Position numbers and translations under genes: made by a program. 64,000 bases of DNA from Azolla caroliniana (Eukaryota > Plantae > Polypodiophyta). Numbering within the stretch: position 1 is the stretch's first letter; each line of letters opens with the position of its first letter. The notes under the pieces were generated by a model. It worked only from the letters and a program-made list of their open reading frames with translations, ran no database searches and was not told the origin of the DNA. Location of the stretch: assembly GCA_043228905.1 (NCBI GenBank), contig JBHGNT010000006.1, forward strand, positions 9,610,001-9,674,000, written 5' to 3'. Shown here in pieces: positions 25,687 to 36,300 of the stretch.

Positions 25687-28600
25687 TTAAAGACGACGAG
25701 TGGAACGAGTCGGCGCTAACTGCGGACCGGGTTTGTCTGGATACTTTCGGTGGAAATCAGCAAGAAGATCTTGTGCATTGGCAACATTCTCGACGGGTTC
25801 CCAAGTACGTTCGCTCGGACTATAACCGAGCCAATCGACCAAGTAATAAAGTTTGTTGCGAACAAGTTTGGAATCGAGGATGGCAGCAACTTCATACTCC
25901 GGGCCGGCGTCCAACTCCAGCGGGGGCGGCAGTGGTGTCACACGATCGGGAATGGTGTTTGCTTTATAAGGTTCAAGAAGAGAACAATGGAAAACCGGAT
26001 GTATCTGAAGCTGCGGAGGGAGATCCAGGCGGAAGGTGACATCATTAATCTTCCCCGTAATACGGAAAGGACCGAGTCGTCGATAATCCAACTTGTCGCA
26101 CGGTCGAGTAGTCTTGATGTGACGACGTAAGAGCCATACTCGATCTCCGATGGCAAAAGAGGAGGGAATCCGATGACGATCCGCATAAGTCTTCTGTGTG
26201 TGTTGAGCATGACGAAGGTGAGTAGAGAGATCCATCTGGATCTTGCGTAGCCTCTCCAAATGGTCCTCGGCACGAGGGTTGGTAGGTAGCTCCGGAGTGT
26301 CGATCACCGACCAGCGAGGATGGAAACCGGTATAAGCGAGAAATGGGGAGACCCGAGTCGAGGAGTGAATAGCATTATTATACGCAAACTCCGCAAAGTG
26401 GAGAATCTCGGCCCAATCGTCCTGTTGATAACTCAGGAAACACCGGAGATATTGCTCCAACGTTTGGTTTGTTCGTTCCGCCTGTCCGTCAGTTTGAGGA
26501 TGGTAGCCGGAGGAGAGGTTGCAGGAGACCTTGAGCATCCTGAAGAGATGCTGCCAAAATTTGGAGACAAATTGCGGGCCTCGGTCACTGATAATACTGT
26601 CTGGTAGGCCATGATGCCGAAATACCTCACGCATAACAAGAGCGGCGGTTTCCTCGCTAGTGATGGCTTTAGTACATGGCACAAAATGTGCCATCTTCGT
26701 ATATCGATCGACGACGGTTAGGATAGCATCGAACCCCTTCGAGACCGGCAGATCTGTAATAAAATCAAGACAAATAGACTGCCATGGCTTACTTGGAATT
26801 GGTAAAGGTTCCAACAAGCCATATGGATGGTGTCGTGGCATCTTTGCTCGGCAGCAAGCATCACAGGTCCGAACGTAGTCGTCGACAAAACGGCGCATGT
26901 GGGGCCACCAAAAAGATCGCTGCACTAACTCCAACGTCTTGGTACTACCGAAATGTCCCGCCGTATGGGTGTCGTGACAATGTTGGACGATTTGAAGGCG
27001 ACAGGAGCAATCGGGGACATATACGCGCTTTTTAAAGAATAACAAACCATCATGATATTCGAATTGTCGGTAGTCAATACCTGGTTGTTGAGACTGAGAA
27101 CAGGATGCCCGAGAAGTATCAATGTGCGCCAGGATGTCTTGAGCAAAACTATCCGTCTTCAAGGTTGCACGTATGTCATCGGTAATCCGTGAATCCATCG
27201 GGGTGTGAAAAATCCGCGTCGTGTGCAATCGTGTTGGTCCCAAGATTACTTGCTTTTGATTATCAAATGTTGCGTCACCAGGACGAGGTGCAAGATATGA
27301 ACGCCGTGATAGTGCATCTGCTTTTCCTTGCTGCTTCCCCGGTCGATATGTGATTTCGAAGTTGAAACGCGTGAGGAATTGCGCCCACCGAGCTTGCCGT
27401 CGATTTAGTACGCGAGCGTTCTGAAAATAAGCAAGATTTTTATGATCGCTAAAGACAATGACCTGATGTGGAGAGCCCTCTAAGAAATGCTGCCATTGTA
27501 CAAATGAATCCACGATGGCTAATAACTCCTTGTCATGTATTTCGTAGTTGATTTCTGCGACATTGAATTTGCGCGAATGGAAAGCCACCGGATGCAACTC
27601 TTCTTTATCGCCTTGTTGAGAAAGGATGCTACCGAGGGCGAAATCTGATGCGTCGGCCTCCATGATGAATGGTTTGCTTGTATCCACATGAGCTAGAATC
27701 GGTGCTGATGTAAAGGCTTTCTTAAGATGCCGGAAAGCCATATCTGCTTCGATGGACCAAAGAAATGCTTGGCCCTTCTTCGTAAGTTGTGTGAGAGGTA
27801 AAATAATCTTCGAGTAATCCTGTATAAACTTACGATAGAAGTTAGCAAAGCCTAGAAAACATTGTACATCTCGTACCGACCGTGGAATTTGCCACTCTAG
27901 TACAGTTTGGATTTTAGCTGGATCCATGGCGATGCCTTTTGAGGAGATGACGTAGCCTAGAAATTCCACTTGCTTGCAGTCAAAGCTACATTTCTCTAGC
28001 TTGGCATAAAGACCATTCTCGCGGAGTCGCTTTAGTACTAATAGTACATGAGAATCGTGCTCTTCCTGGGTCTTCGAATAAATCAACAGATCATCCAGAT
28101 AAATGATCAAACAGATATCCAAGAGGTCTCTGAATATATCATTTGCCATGTGTTGGAAGACTGCGGGTGCATTGGTTAGGCCAAACGGCATAACAGTATA
28201 CTCGAAATGCCCATACCGCGTGCGAAAAGCGGTCTTCCACTCATCTCCCGGTCGGATCCGCACGAGATTATACGCTCCTCGTAGGTCGATTTTAGTAAAA
28301 AACTTGGCACCATTAACTCGCTCTAAAAGACTTGATATAAGAGGAAGTGCATACCTATTCCGGATGGTGACTTTATTCAATCCGCGGTAATCAACGACAA
28401 GACGAAGTGAGCCATCTTTCTTCTTGACAAAGAAGATGGGTGCACCGGCCGGAGATTTCGAATGACGGATGAACCCGCTTGCCAAGTTCTCCTCTATGTA
28501 GGCTCGAAGGACTTCTAACTCGGTGGGTGACAAGTTGTAAATTGGTCCCCATGGTGGCTCGGTTCCTGGTTGTAAATCGATGGGACAGTCATAGGGACGG

Positions 28601-29259
28601 TGATGAGGAAGGGTACCGGCTTTTACCTTGTCAAATACATCGGCATAAGGATGATATTTTGCCGGAAGTTGTATTGAGGAGTCCTTCTTAATAGTGCTAG
28701 AAGGATGTACTGATATGGCAAATAGGAACATTGACTCCTTGGGTCCTTCTTCGCGTAGTTGATGGAGTGAAATGGTCGAAACTCGGTGAGTTGATTCTTG
28801 GGGTGGTCGATATCGGACTTCTCTTGTTCTCCAATCTATGGCTGGATTATGTAATTCAAGCCAAGGTAATCCTAGGACAATGGGATGCTCTGGACTACTA
28901 ATTATATTAAATGATATTATACACACAAAACTACCTAGGACAACTTGAATGGGTTCTGATTCTTCTACAATATTCCCGGAAGCAATGGGACGACCATCAA
29001 TGACCACTACAGATGCGGGACAAGGAAGTTTTCTTAAGGATATCTGAGAAGCTTGGGCAAAATTTCGATCCATGAAACAGGAATTAGCTCCGGAATCTAA
29101 AAGTGCTAGGACGGGTACTGGGGGAGTACTTTTAGTACTAACAATGACTTGGGCTAGGAACACATTGCTAACTTGCTTGGAAGGAATGGAACCACTAATG
29201 GGCTGTACAGATCTAGGGCTGCTGTCCAACCAAATGGCTCCTATTTTGGCTGGACTCAA
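25687..29259 (-). CDS. pol: Pol of chromovirus F (PR-RT-RH-IN-chromodomain), -1 frame relative to gag
   Basis: Motifs LLDSGA, YLDD, DASDFA, integrase HHCC/DDE, 'GPFRI' and chromodomain 'YLVDWLGY..SERTWEP'; no stops. Confidence 0.96.
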   Translation of the reverse strand: MSPAKIGAIWLDSSPRSVQPISGSIPSKQVSNVFLAQVIVSTKSTPPVPVLALLDSGANSCFMDRNFAQASQISLRKLPCPASVVVIDGRPIASGNIVEESEPIQVVLGSFVCIISFNIISSPEHPIVLGLPWLELHNPAIDWRTREVRYRPPQESTHRVSTISLHQLREEGPKESMFLFAISVHPSSTIKKDSSIQLPAKYHPYADVFDKVKAGTLPHHRPYDCPIDLQPGTEPPWGPIYNLSPTELEVLRAYIEENLASGFIRHSKSPAGAPIFFVKKKDGSLRLVVDYRGLNKVTIRNRYALPLISSLLERVNGAKFFTKIDLRGAYNLVRIRPGDEWKTAFRTRYGHFEYTVMPFGLTNAPAVFQHMANDIFRDLLDICLIIYLDDLLIYSKTQEEHDSHVLLVLKRLRENGLYAKLEKCSFDCKQVEFLGYVISSKGIAMDPAKIQTVLEWQIPRSVRDVQCFLGFANFYRKFIQDYSKIILPLTQLTKKGQAFLWSIEADMAFRHLKKAFTSAPILAHVDTSKPFIMEADASDFALGSILSQQGDKEELHPVAFHSRKFNVAEINYEIHDKELLAIVDSFVQWQHFLEGSPHQVIVFSDHKNLAYFQNARVLNRRQARWAQFLTRFNFEITYRPGKQQGKADALSRRSYLAPRPGDATFDNQKQVILGPTRLHTTRIFHTPMDSRITDDIRATLKTDSFAQDILAHIDTSRASCSQSQQPGIDYRQFEYHDGLLFFKKRVYVPDCSCRLQIVQHCHDTHTAGHFGSTKTLELVQRSFWWPHMRRFVDDYVRTCDACCRAKMPRHHPYGLLEPLPIPSKPWQSICLDFITDLPVSKGFDAILTVVDRYTKMAHFVPCTKAITSEETAALVMREVFRHHGLPDSIISDRGPQFVSKFWQHLFRMLKVSCNLSSGYHPQTDGQAERTNQTLEQYLRCFLSYQQDDWAEILHFAEFAYNNAIHSSTRVSPFLAYTGFHPRWSVIDTPELPTNPRAEDHLERLRKIQMDLSTHLRHAQHTQKTYADRHRIPSSFAIGDRVWLLRRHIKTTRPCDKLDYRRLGPFRITGKINDVTFRLDLPPQLQIHPVFHCSLLEPYKANTIPDRVTPLPPPLELDAGPEYEVAAILDSKLVRNKLYYLVDWLGYSPSERTWEPVENVANAQDLLADFHRKYPDKPGPQLAPTRSTRRL

Positions 29260-30413
29260 TCGTTTAACTCTTCATCTAATTGACTAAGGATTTCAAATTT
29301 ATTTGAGATACTTGGGCTATTAGTACTATGAATACTATCTGACACTCTATTAGTACTATTAATACTATCAGACACTCCAAAGGGAAGAATTGACTCGGGT
29401 TTAGTACAGGCGACGATTTGATTTACCTGTCTTCTTGGCCTATGGGGACAATTGATGGCGATATGTCCTGGTCCACCGCAATAAAGACATAATCGATTGG
29501 CACGTCGTCGTTGCTTTTCTTCTTCCGATAACGGACCGCGTCGACGCATGGTATCGATCTCCATCGGTGTCGAAGTATTTGCTTGAGGTGTGTCTCGTGC
29601 AAACGGTTTAGCCGCGACTGCGGCGTAAGTGGGCTCTGGCCTAGAGCGTGGTATCTGTAATTGACGTTCTGAACGCCGTTCAAAAAGGCGGTTGTCACAT
29701 CGAACTGCTCGACTGATTGCCTCCGTAAGAGACTTTGGTTCTTCGGGGAAAGTTAGAAGTAGATCTTTGACATCGTTTCGCAAGCCATAGCGAAACTGCT
29801 CCATTAGTGCTTGATCATCCCAGGGTATATCTGAAGCAAGTAGGCGGAAATCCGCCGCGTAGGCAGAGGCTGGACGATCGCCTTGACGCAATCGCCGGAT
29901 CTTGTTGATCGCCGTCCTGATGCTGTCGGTGTCTCCAAAGCAGGCTTTAAACTCACCAATAAAATCTTCAAAGTTATTAAGTAAGGGTGATTGTTTTTCT
30001 AGAAGCGGAGCAAACCATGCCAAGGCTGAGCCGCTAAGTAGCGTGCCTATTAGGCCGACTCGAGATGCATCAGTGGGATATCGGGAAGGATGCATCTGGA
30101 TGACTAAGCGTACCTGATTAAGGAATCCCCGGAATTGCGAACGCGTTCCATCAAATTTCACAGGAAGTCCAATCTTGGGCTCTTTATGAAATCCTTGGGG
30201 ACTGGATCCTTGTTGTTGCAACACTGCTTCGAGTTGTTGTACCCGTAACGCTAACTCCCCATGTTGTTGTTGCGTTTGTTGTTTTTCTAGAGCGATTTGT
30301 TGCAGATCCCCTATCAGCCGTTGGTTTTCTTGTTCCAGGGCAACAAACTTTTCTTTTAGGCACTGTAGCTCGGAAAAAACGGATTGGTATTCTTGGGCGC
30401 TAACAGTAGCCAT
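29256..30413 (-). CDS. gag: Gag of chromovirus F (385 aa)
   Basis: PEG10/DUF4939-like 'PVKFDGTRSQFRGFLNQV', 'PMEID' and zinc knuckle CLYCGGPGHIAINC. Confidence 0.95.
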   Translation of the reverse strand: MATVSAQEYQSVFSELQCLKEKFVALEQENQRLIGDLQQIALEKQQTQQQHGELALRVQQLEAVLQQQGSSPQGFHKEPKIGLPVKFDGTRSQFRGFLNQVRLVIQMHPSRYPTDASRVGLIGTLLSGSALAWFAPLLEKQSPLLNNFEDFIGEFKACFGDTDSIRTAINKIRRLRQGDRPASAYAADFRLLASDIPWDDQALMEQFRYGLRNDVKDLLLTFPEEPKSLTEAISRAVRCDNRLFERRSERQLQIPRSRPEPTYAAVAAKPFARDTPQANTSTPMEIDTMRRRGPLSEEEKQRRRANRLCLYCGGPGHIAINCPHRPRRQVNQIVACTKPESILPFGVSDSINSTNRVSDSIHSTNSPSISNKFEILSQLDEELND

Positions 30414-30920
30414 AGTATAGGGAAAAGGGTAGGAGGATGAGGGAGAGTGACAAGTAGGCTAGAGGAGAAATTGGTTCAAACTGTCAGGAATAGTACTAAA
30501 ACAGAGATGGAATTAGTACTAAGAACAGCAATACTATTAGTACTAAGAGGACGGGACTGCGTAAGATTCCCGAGAGAGGAAGTGAGAAGAGGAGAGAGAG
30601 AGAGAGAGAGAGATAGCGAGAATGAGAGAGATGATGACAGCAGCTATATATTATGTGAAAAGATAAGTACAAGCGGCTAAGAGGCTTAAGACTGGCGTTG
30701 AACCAATTTGGTTCAAAACAATGCCTTGTGCCTCCTTTTATAGTGTTTTTAGGAATAATCTTGAAGCTTCTAGAATGTTCCAGAGAGATCTGGAATATAC
30801 ATCAATTTTCTATGATAAAGTACAAATGAAAATAATATCCTACAAAATACAATTCCTAATGTAATGGTAAGAGCTCGACCCATGTAGCATAAAGTCATGG
30901 GTTCGAGTCTTGCCATGACA

Positions 30921-31613
30921 TCAAGCATGTTGCGAAACTTTCGCACCTCTTCAGAGAGAAGGAAATCCTCCCTTCCAACTCGTAGCTTTCCCTTCGTCTC
31001 TTTAGTGAAGACATGATCTATTGTCTTCGGATCTCTTAAGCTTGGATTGTTAGCGACTTCCTTCATCTTTTGCCAGCTATCTTCCGGTAGTGGAATTGCA
31101 ATTTGCTTGACCTTCTTATCCACGGTTTTATATTTTGTGTTGATGTCAATTTCCTTCATCAAGATGCTTCGATGATATTCATCAATGATAACGTACATGT
31201 TGATGGAGCTAACCGAAATCACGTGATGATCGTGAAGATAGCTCAAGTCCACGACGTCCTCGATTTCACCGATGGTGTTGTTAAATGAGGCTTCTTCCAA
31301 AATAAGAGTCACAAACTCTTCTTCTTCTATTATGTTTTCTTCTTTCAGCATCTTCTCGAAGTTTTGTATCCGATGCTTGTCCTTCTTGTCGGGTAGTACT
31401 AGTTTACATGCGCCACTAGGTGTGACACATGTTGCTTCTCCTTGCAATCCACGCGCTCTACTTTCTTGTGGGGACTTGTGATTGCTCGGCCTATTTGTGC
31501 CCCATGCTTGAATAGTCCACTCTAAAAATCCGGGGATTCGCTTCCAAGACTACCTCGATTTCTTTCATGATTAGCTCGCACCATTAGGAATTGGACCAAT
31601 CTTTGGTTGTCAA
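30921..31613 (-). pseudogene. Element B pol segment between protease and RT
   Basis: 'TKYKTVDKKVKQIAIPLP...' continues across the F and E junctions. Confidence 0.7.
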
Positions 31614-31674
31614 TGTCATAACTAGACTCGAACCCATAACCTTTTGTTACACGGGTCGAGACTTTACCATTAGG
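31614..31674 (-). promoter_or_regulatory. tRNA-like A/B-box module at the U3 end of the E LTR (copy 36915-36975)
   Basis: Minus strand reads CCTAATGGTAAAG ... GGGTTCGAGTC. Confidence 0.55.
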
Positions 31675-31903
31675 TTATGAATTGTAATTTGAAGGATATT
31701 ATTTTCATTTAGGTTTTATTGGGAAATTGATGTATATTCCAGATTTCTCTGGAACATTCTAGAAACTTCAGGAGTATTCCTGAAGACACTATAAAAGGAG
31801 GCGCAAGGCATTAGTTCGAACCAAATCGGTTCAACGCCAGTCTTAAGCCTTCTAACTACTGTTGTATATCTTCCGTCATATAATACATATATCTTTCGCA
31901 TCA

Positions 31904-31947
<44 letters not shown>

Positions 31948-32168
31948 ACTCATTCCTTCTCTCAAAGTTCGACACCTCTCATAGTACTAATCCTTCTCTG
32001 TCTTAGTACTATTCCCCAACAATAGTACTAATCCTTCTTTTAGTACTAATTCCTTCTCTGCCTTAATAGAGTTCCTGACAGTTTGAACCGATTTCGACTA
32101 CTAGTCTCCCTCTTCCTTCTGTCTCCCTCCTTTCCTACTAGTCTCTTATTTCCCTTTTCCTTCATCCC

Positions 32169-33338
32169 ATGGCCACCGTTAGCGCTGAAGAGTATCAATC
32201 CGTTTTCTCGGAATTTCAATGCTTGAAAGAGAAGTTTCATGCTTTGGAACAAGAAAATCAACGCTTGTTGGGGGATCTTCAGCAAATTTCCTTAGAAAAG
32301 CAGCAAACGCAACAACAGCATGGGGAACTTGCGTTACGCGTGCAACAACTCGAAGCAACCATCGTAGCAATGCAACAACAAGGGCACGGAGCACAAGGGA
32401 TTCATAAAGAACCCAAGATTGGCCTTCCCACGAAGTTCGATGGAACGCGATCGCAGTTTAGAGGGTTTCTTAACCAGGTACGGTTAGTTATTCAAATGCA
32501 TCCGTCCCGATATCCCACCGATGCATCACGAGTGGGTTTAGTAGGCACGTTGTTAAATGGCTCAGCATTAGCATGGTTCGCTCCGCTACTAGAAAAGGAA
32601 TCTCCAGTACTAAATAATTTTGAAGAATTCATAAGTGAGTTTAAAGCATGTTTTGGAGATACTGACAGCATAAGGACTGCAATCAACAAAATCCGGCGAT
32701 TACGCCAAGGTGACCGTCCAGCCTCCGCATATGCTGCAGATTTCCGCCTACTCGCCGCCGATATCCCCTGGGATGATCAAGCATTGATGGAGCAGTTCCG
32801 CTATGGTCTACGCAACGATGTCAAGGATTTACTCTTGACATTCCCTGAAGAGCCAAAATCATTAACAGAAGCAATCAGTCGAGCGGTCAGATGTGACAAC
32901 CGCCTCTTCGAGCGACGTTCGGAACGACAATTTCAGATGCCGAGGGCAAGATCCGAGCCTACCTATGCCTCAGTGGTAGCGAAACCTTTTCAAAGGGAGT
33001 CACATAATGCGCCTCCAGTAAGTACTCCAACTCCAATGGAAATTGACACTACACGTCGTCGTGGGCCGCTATCGGAGGAGGAAAAGCAACGACGCCGAAC
33101 AAACCGATTATGCCTTTATTGCGGTGGACCAGGGCATATCGCGATAAACTGTCCCCATAGACCAAGAAGGCAGGTAAACCAAGTCATTGTTAGTTCTGAC
33201 TATACTAAACCCGAGTCAATTTCAGTAGGAATCTCTGATAATCCTCATAGTCATAATAGTCCTAATAGTACTAATAGTCCGAATCTCGCAAACAAATTTG
33301 ATGTCCTTAGCCAATTAGAAGAAGAGTTAAACGACTAA
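32169..33338 (+). CDS. gag: Gag of chromovirus E (389 aa)
   Basis: Close homolog of F gag with a CCHC knuckle. Confidence 0.95.
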   Translation: MATVSAEEYQSVFSEFQCLKEKFHALEQENQRLLGDLQQISLEKQQTQQQHGELALRVQQLEATIVAMQQQGHGAQGIHKEPKIGLPTKFDGTRSQFRGFLNQVRLVIQMHPSRYPTDASRVGLVGTLLNGSALAWFAPLLEKESPVLNNFEEFISEFKACFGDTDSIRTAINKIRRLRQGDRPASAYAADFRLLAADIPWDDQALMEQFRYGLRNDVKDLLLTFPEEPKSLTEAISRAVRCDNRLFERRSERQFQMPRARSEPTYASVVAKPFQRESHNAPPVSTPTPMEIDTTRRRGPLSEEEKQRRRTNRLCLYCGGPGHIAINCPHRPRRQVNQVIVSSDYTKPESISVGISDNPHSHNSPNSTNSPNLANKFDVLSQLEEELND

Positions 33339-33364
33339 GTCCAGCCAAAATAGGAGCCGTTTGG

Positions 33365-36300
33365 TTGGACAGCCCTAGATCTGTGCAGCCCATTAGTGGT
33401 TCCATTCCCTCTAAGCAAGTTAGTGATGTGTTCGTAGCCCAAGTAGCAGTTAGTACTAAAAGTACCCCTCCAGTACATACCTTAGCCCTTCTAGATTCCG
33501 GAGCTAATTCTTGCTTCATGGATAGGAATTTTGCCCGAGCTCATCAGATATCTCTCAGAAAGCTCCCATGTCCGGCCTCAGTAGTAGTCATTGATGGTCG
33601 TCCCATTGCTTCTGGTAATATCATAGAAGAGTCGGAACCCGTTAATATTGTCCTAGATAACTTAACATGTGTAGTATCATTTAATATTATTAGTATTCCA
33701 GAACATCCCATAGTTTTAGGATTACCATGGTTCGAGTTACATGACCCAGACATAGATTGGAGGACAAGGGAAATCCGGTTGCGACAAACCCAAGGATCTA
33801 CCCAGAAGGTTGCAACCATTTCGCTACGTCAGTTGCGTGAGGAAGGGCGCAAGGAGGAAATGTTTCTCTTCGCAATATCAGTACAACCCTCCAGCACCAC
33901 CAAAGAGGAGTCCACCGTTCAACTTCCCGAGAAGTATCGTCAGTATGCTGATGTGTTCGATAAAGTACAAGCCAACACACTTCCTCATCATCGGCCGTAC
34001 GACTGCGCCATCGACTTACAACCGAGAAAAGAGCCGCCATGGGGGCCGATCTACAATTTGTCACCAACCGAGCTAGAAGTCCTTCGAGCCTATATAGAGG
34101 AGAATTTGGAGAACGGTTTCATTCGGCATTCGAAATCTCCAGCCGGCGCACCCATTTTCTTCGTCAAGAAAAAAGATGGCTCGCTTCGACTCGTTGTAGA
34201 TTACCGTGGCTTGAATAAGGTCACAGTAAGAAATAGGTATGCTCTTCCCCTTATCTCAAGTCTTTTAGAACGGATCAACGGTGCCAGGTTCTTCACGAAG
34301 ATCGACTTACGAGGAGCATATAACCTCGTACGGATCCGACCAGGAGATGAATGGAAGACCGCGTTTCGCACCAGATATGGGCACTTCGAGTATACGGTCA
34401 TGCCGTTCGGACTCACTAATGCGCCGGCAGTCTTCCAGCACATGGCGAATGATATATTTCGAGATCTCTTGGATGATTTTTTGATCATCTATTTGGATGA
34501 TCTACTGGTTTATTCAAAGACCCAAGAAGAACATGATTCTCATGTACTATTAGTACTAAAACGACTTCGAGAACATGGTCTGTATGCAAAGTTAGAGAAA
34601 TGTAGTTTCGGGAGCAACCAAGTGGAGTTTCTCGGCTATGTCATCTCCTCAGAAGGCATATCTATGGACCCAGCCAAGGTCAAAACGGTGATAGAATGGC
34701 ACACTCCGCGTTCAGTGCGGGATGTGCAATGCTTCCTAGGCTTTGCAAATTTTTACCGGAAGTTCATACAAAATTACTCAAAAATTGTGCTGCCTCTCAC
34801 ACAGCTCACTAGGAAGGGACAATCATTCATTTGGTCTAAAGAGACGGACATGGCTTTCGAGAGTCTTAAGAAGGCGTTTACATCAGCTCCAATTTTAGGT
34901 CATGTGGATCCGGAAAAACCATTCATTATCGAAGCTGACGCATCGGATTTCGCATTGGGGAGCATTCTGTCACAACAGGGTAACGACGAGAAGCTACATC
35001 CTGTGGCTTTCCACTCCCGTAAGTTTGACGCCGCCGAAATCAACTACGAAATTCATGATAAAGAGCTATTAGCAATAGTTGATTCTTTTATGCAATGGAG
35101 GCATTTCCTGGAGGGATCTCCTCATCAGGTCACTGTATTCAGTGACCACAAGAACCTTGCCTACTTTCAAGATGCTCGTGTACTGAATCGACGTCAAGCT
35201 CGGTGGGCCCACTTCCTCACACGCTTCGACTTCAAAATTACATATCGTCCGGGGAAGCACCAAGGGAAGGCAGATGCATTATCACGGCGTTCGTATCTAA
35301 CACCACGTCCCGGTGAGCCAGCTTTCGATAACCAGAAGCAAGTAATCTTGGGTCCAGCACGACTGCAAGCAGCACAGGTCTTTGACATGCCCGTGGATTC
35401 CGACATTACCAATACTATACGTGAGGACTTGAAGACTGACGCTTTCGCCCAAGCTATACTAGCACAAATTGACCCCTCTCGAGCGTCATGTTCACAATCA
35501 CAATCACCAGGTACGGATTATCGGCAATTCAAATACTGTGATGGATTACTCTTCTTTAAAGAACTTTTGTATGTTCCTAATGGTTCTTGCCGCCTTCGAG
35601 TAGTACAAAACTGCCATGACACATATACAGCAGGACATTTTGGTAGTACTAAAACATTAGATTTAGTACAACGATCATTCTGGTGGCCCCGTATGCGACA
35701 ATTTGTCGAAGATTTTGTTCGGACTTGCGATACATGCTGCAGAGCGAAAATGCCAAGACATCATCCATATGGTTTATTAGAACCATTACCAATTCCAAGC
35801 AAGCCATGGCAATCCATTGCTCTTGACTTCATTACAGATCTTCCAGTCTCTAAGGGATTCAGTGCGATTCTCACAGTGGTGGATCGATATACGAAGATGG
35901 CTCATTTCTTACCATGTACTAAAGAAATATCTAGTGAAGACACCGCCGAAATTGTCATGCGGGAAGTATGTCGGCATCATGGACTCCCTGATAATATCAT
36001 CAGCGATCGTGGACCCCAGTTTGTGTCAAAATTCTGGAAGCACCTTTTTAAAATGCTGAAGGTCACTTGTAACCTCTCCTCCGGCTACCACCCACAAACC
36101 GACGGTCAAGCCGAACGAACAAATCAAACACTGGAGCAGTATCTGCGGTGCTTTCTCAACTATCATCAGAATGACTGGGCAGATATTCTTCAGTTCGCCG
36201 AATTTGCCTATAATAACGCTATCCACGCATCGACTAAAGTCACGCCATTCTACGCTTATACGGGATATCATCCCCGGTGGTGTGTCCTTGAAACCCCAGA

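Larger units (their letters stand above)
25237..30920 (-). mobile_element. Intact chromovirus F (Tcn1/Tf1-like; LTRs 25237-25675 and 30482-30920)
   Basis: 439-bp LTRs with only one difference seen, TSD TCAAG, PPT aagggggagatag, and open gag and pol. Confidence 0.96.
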
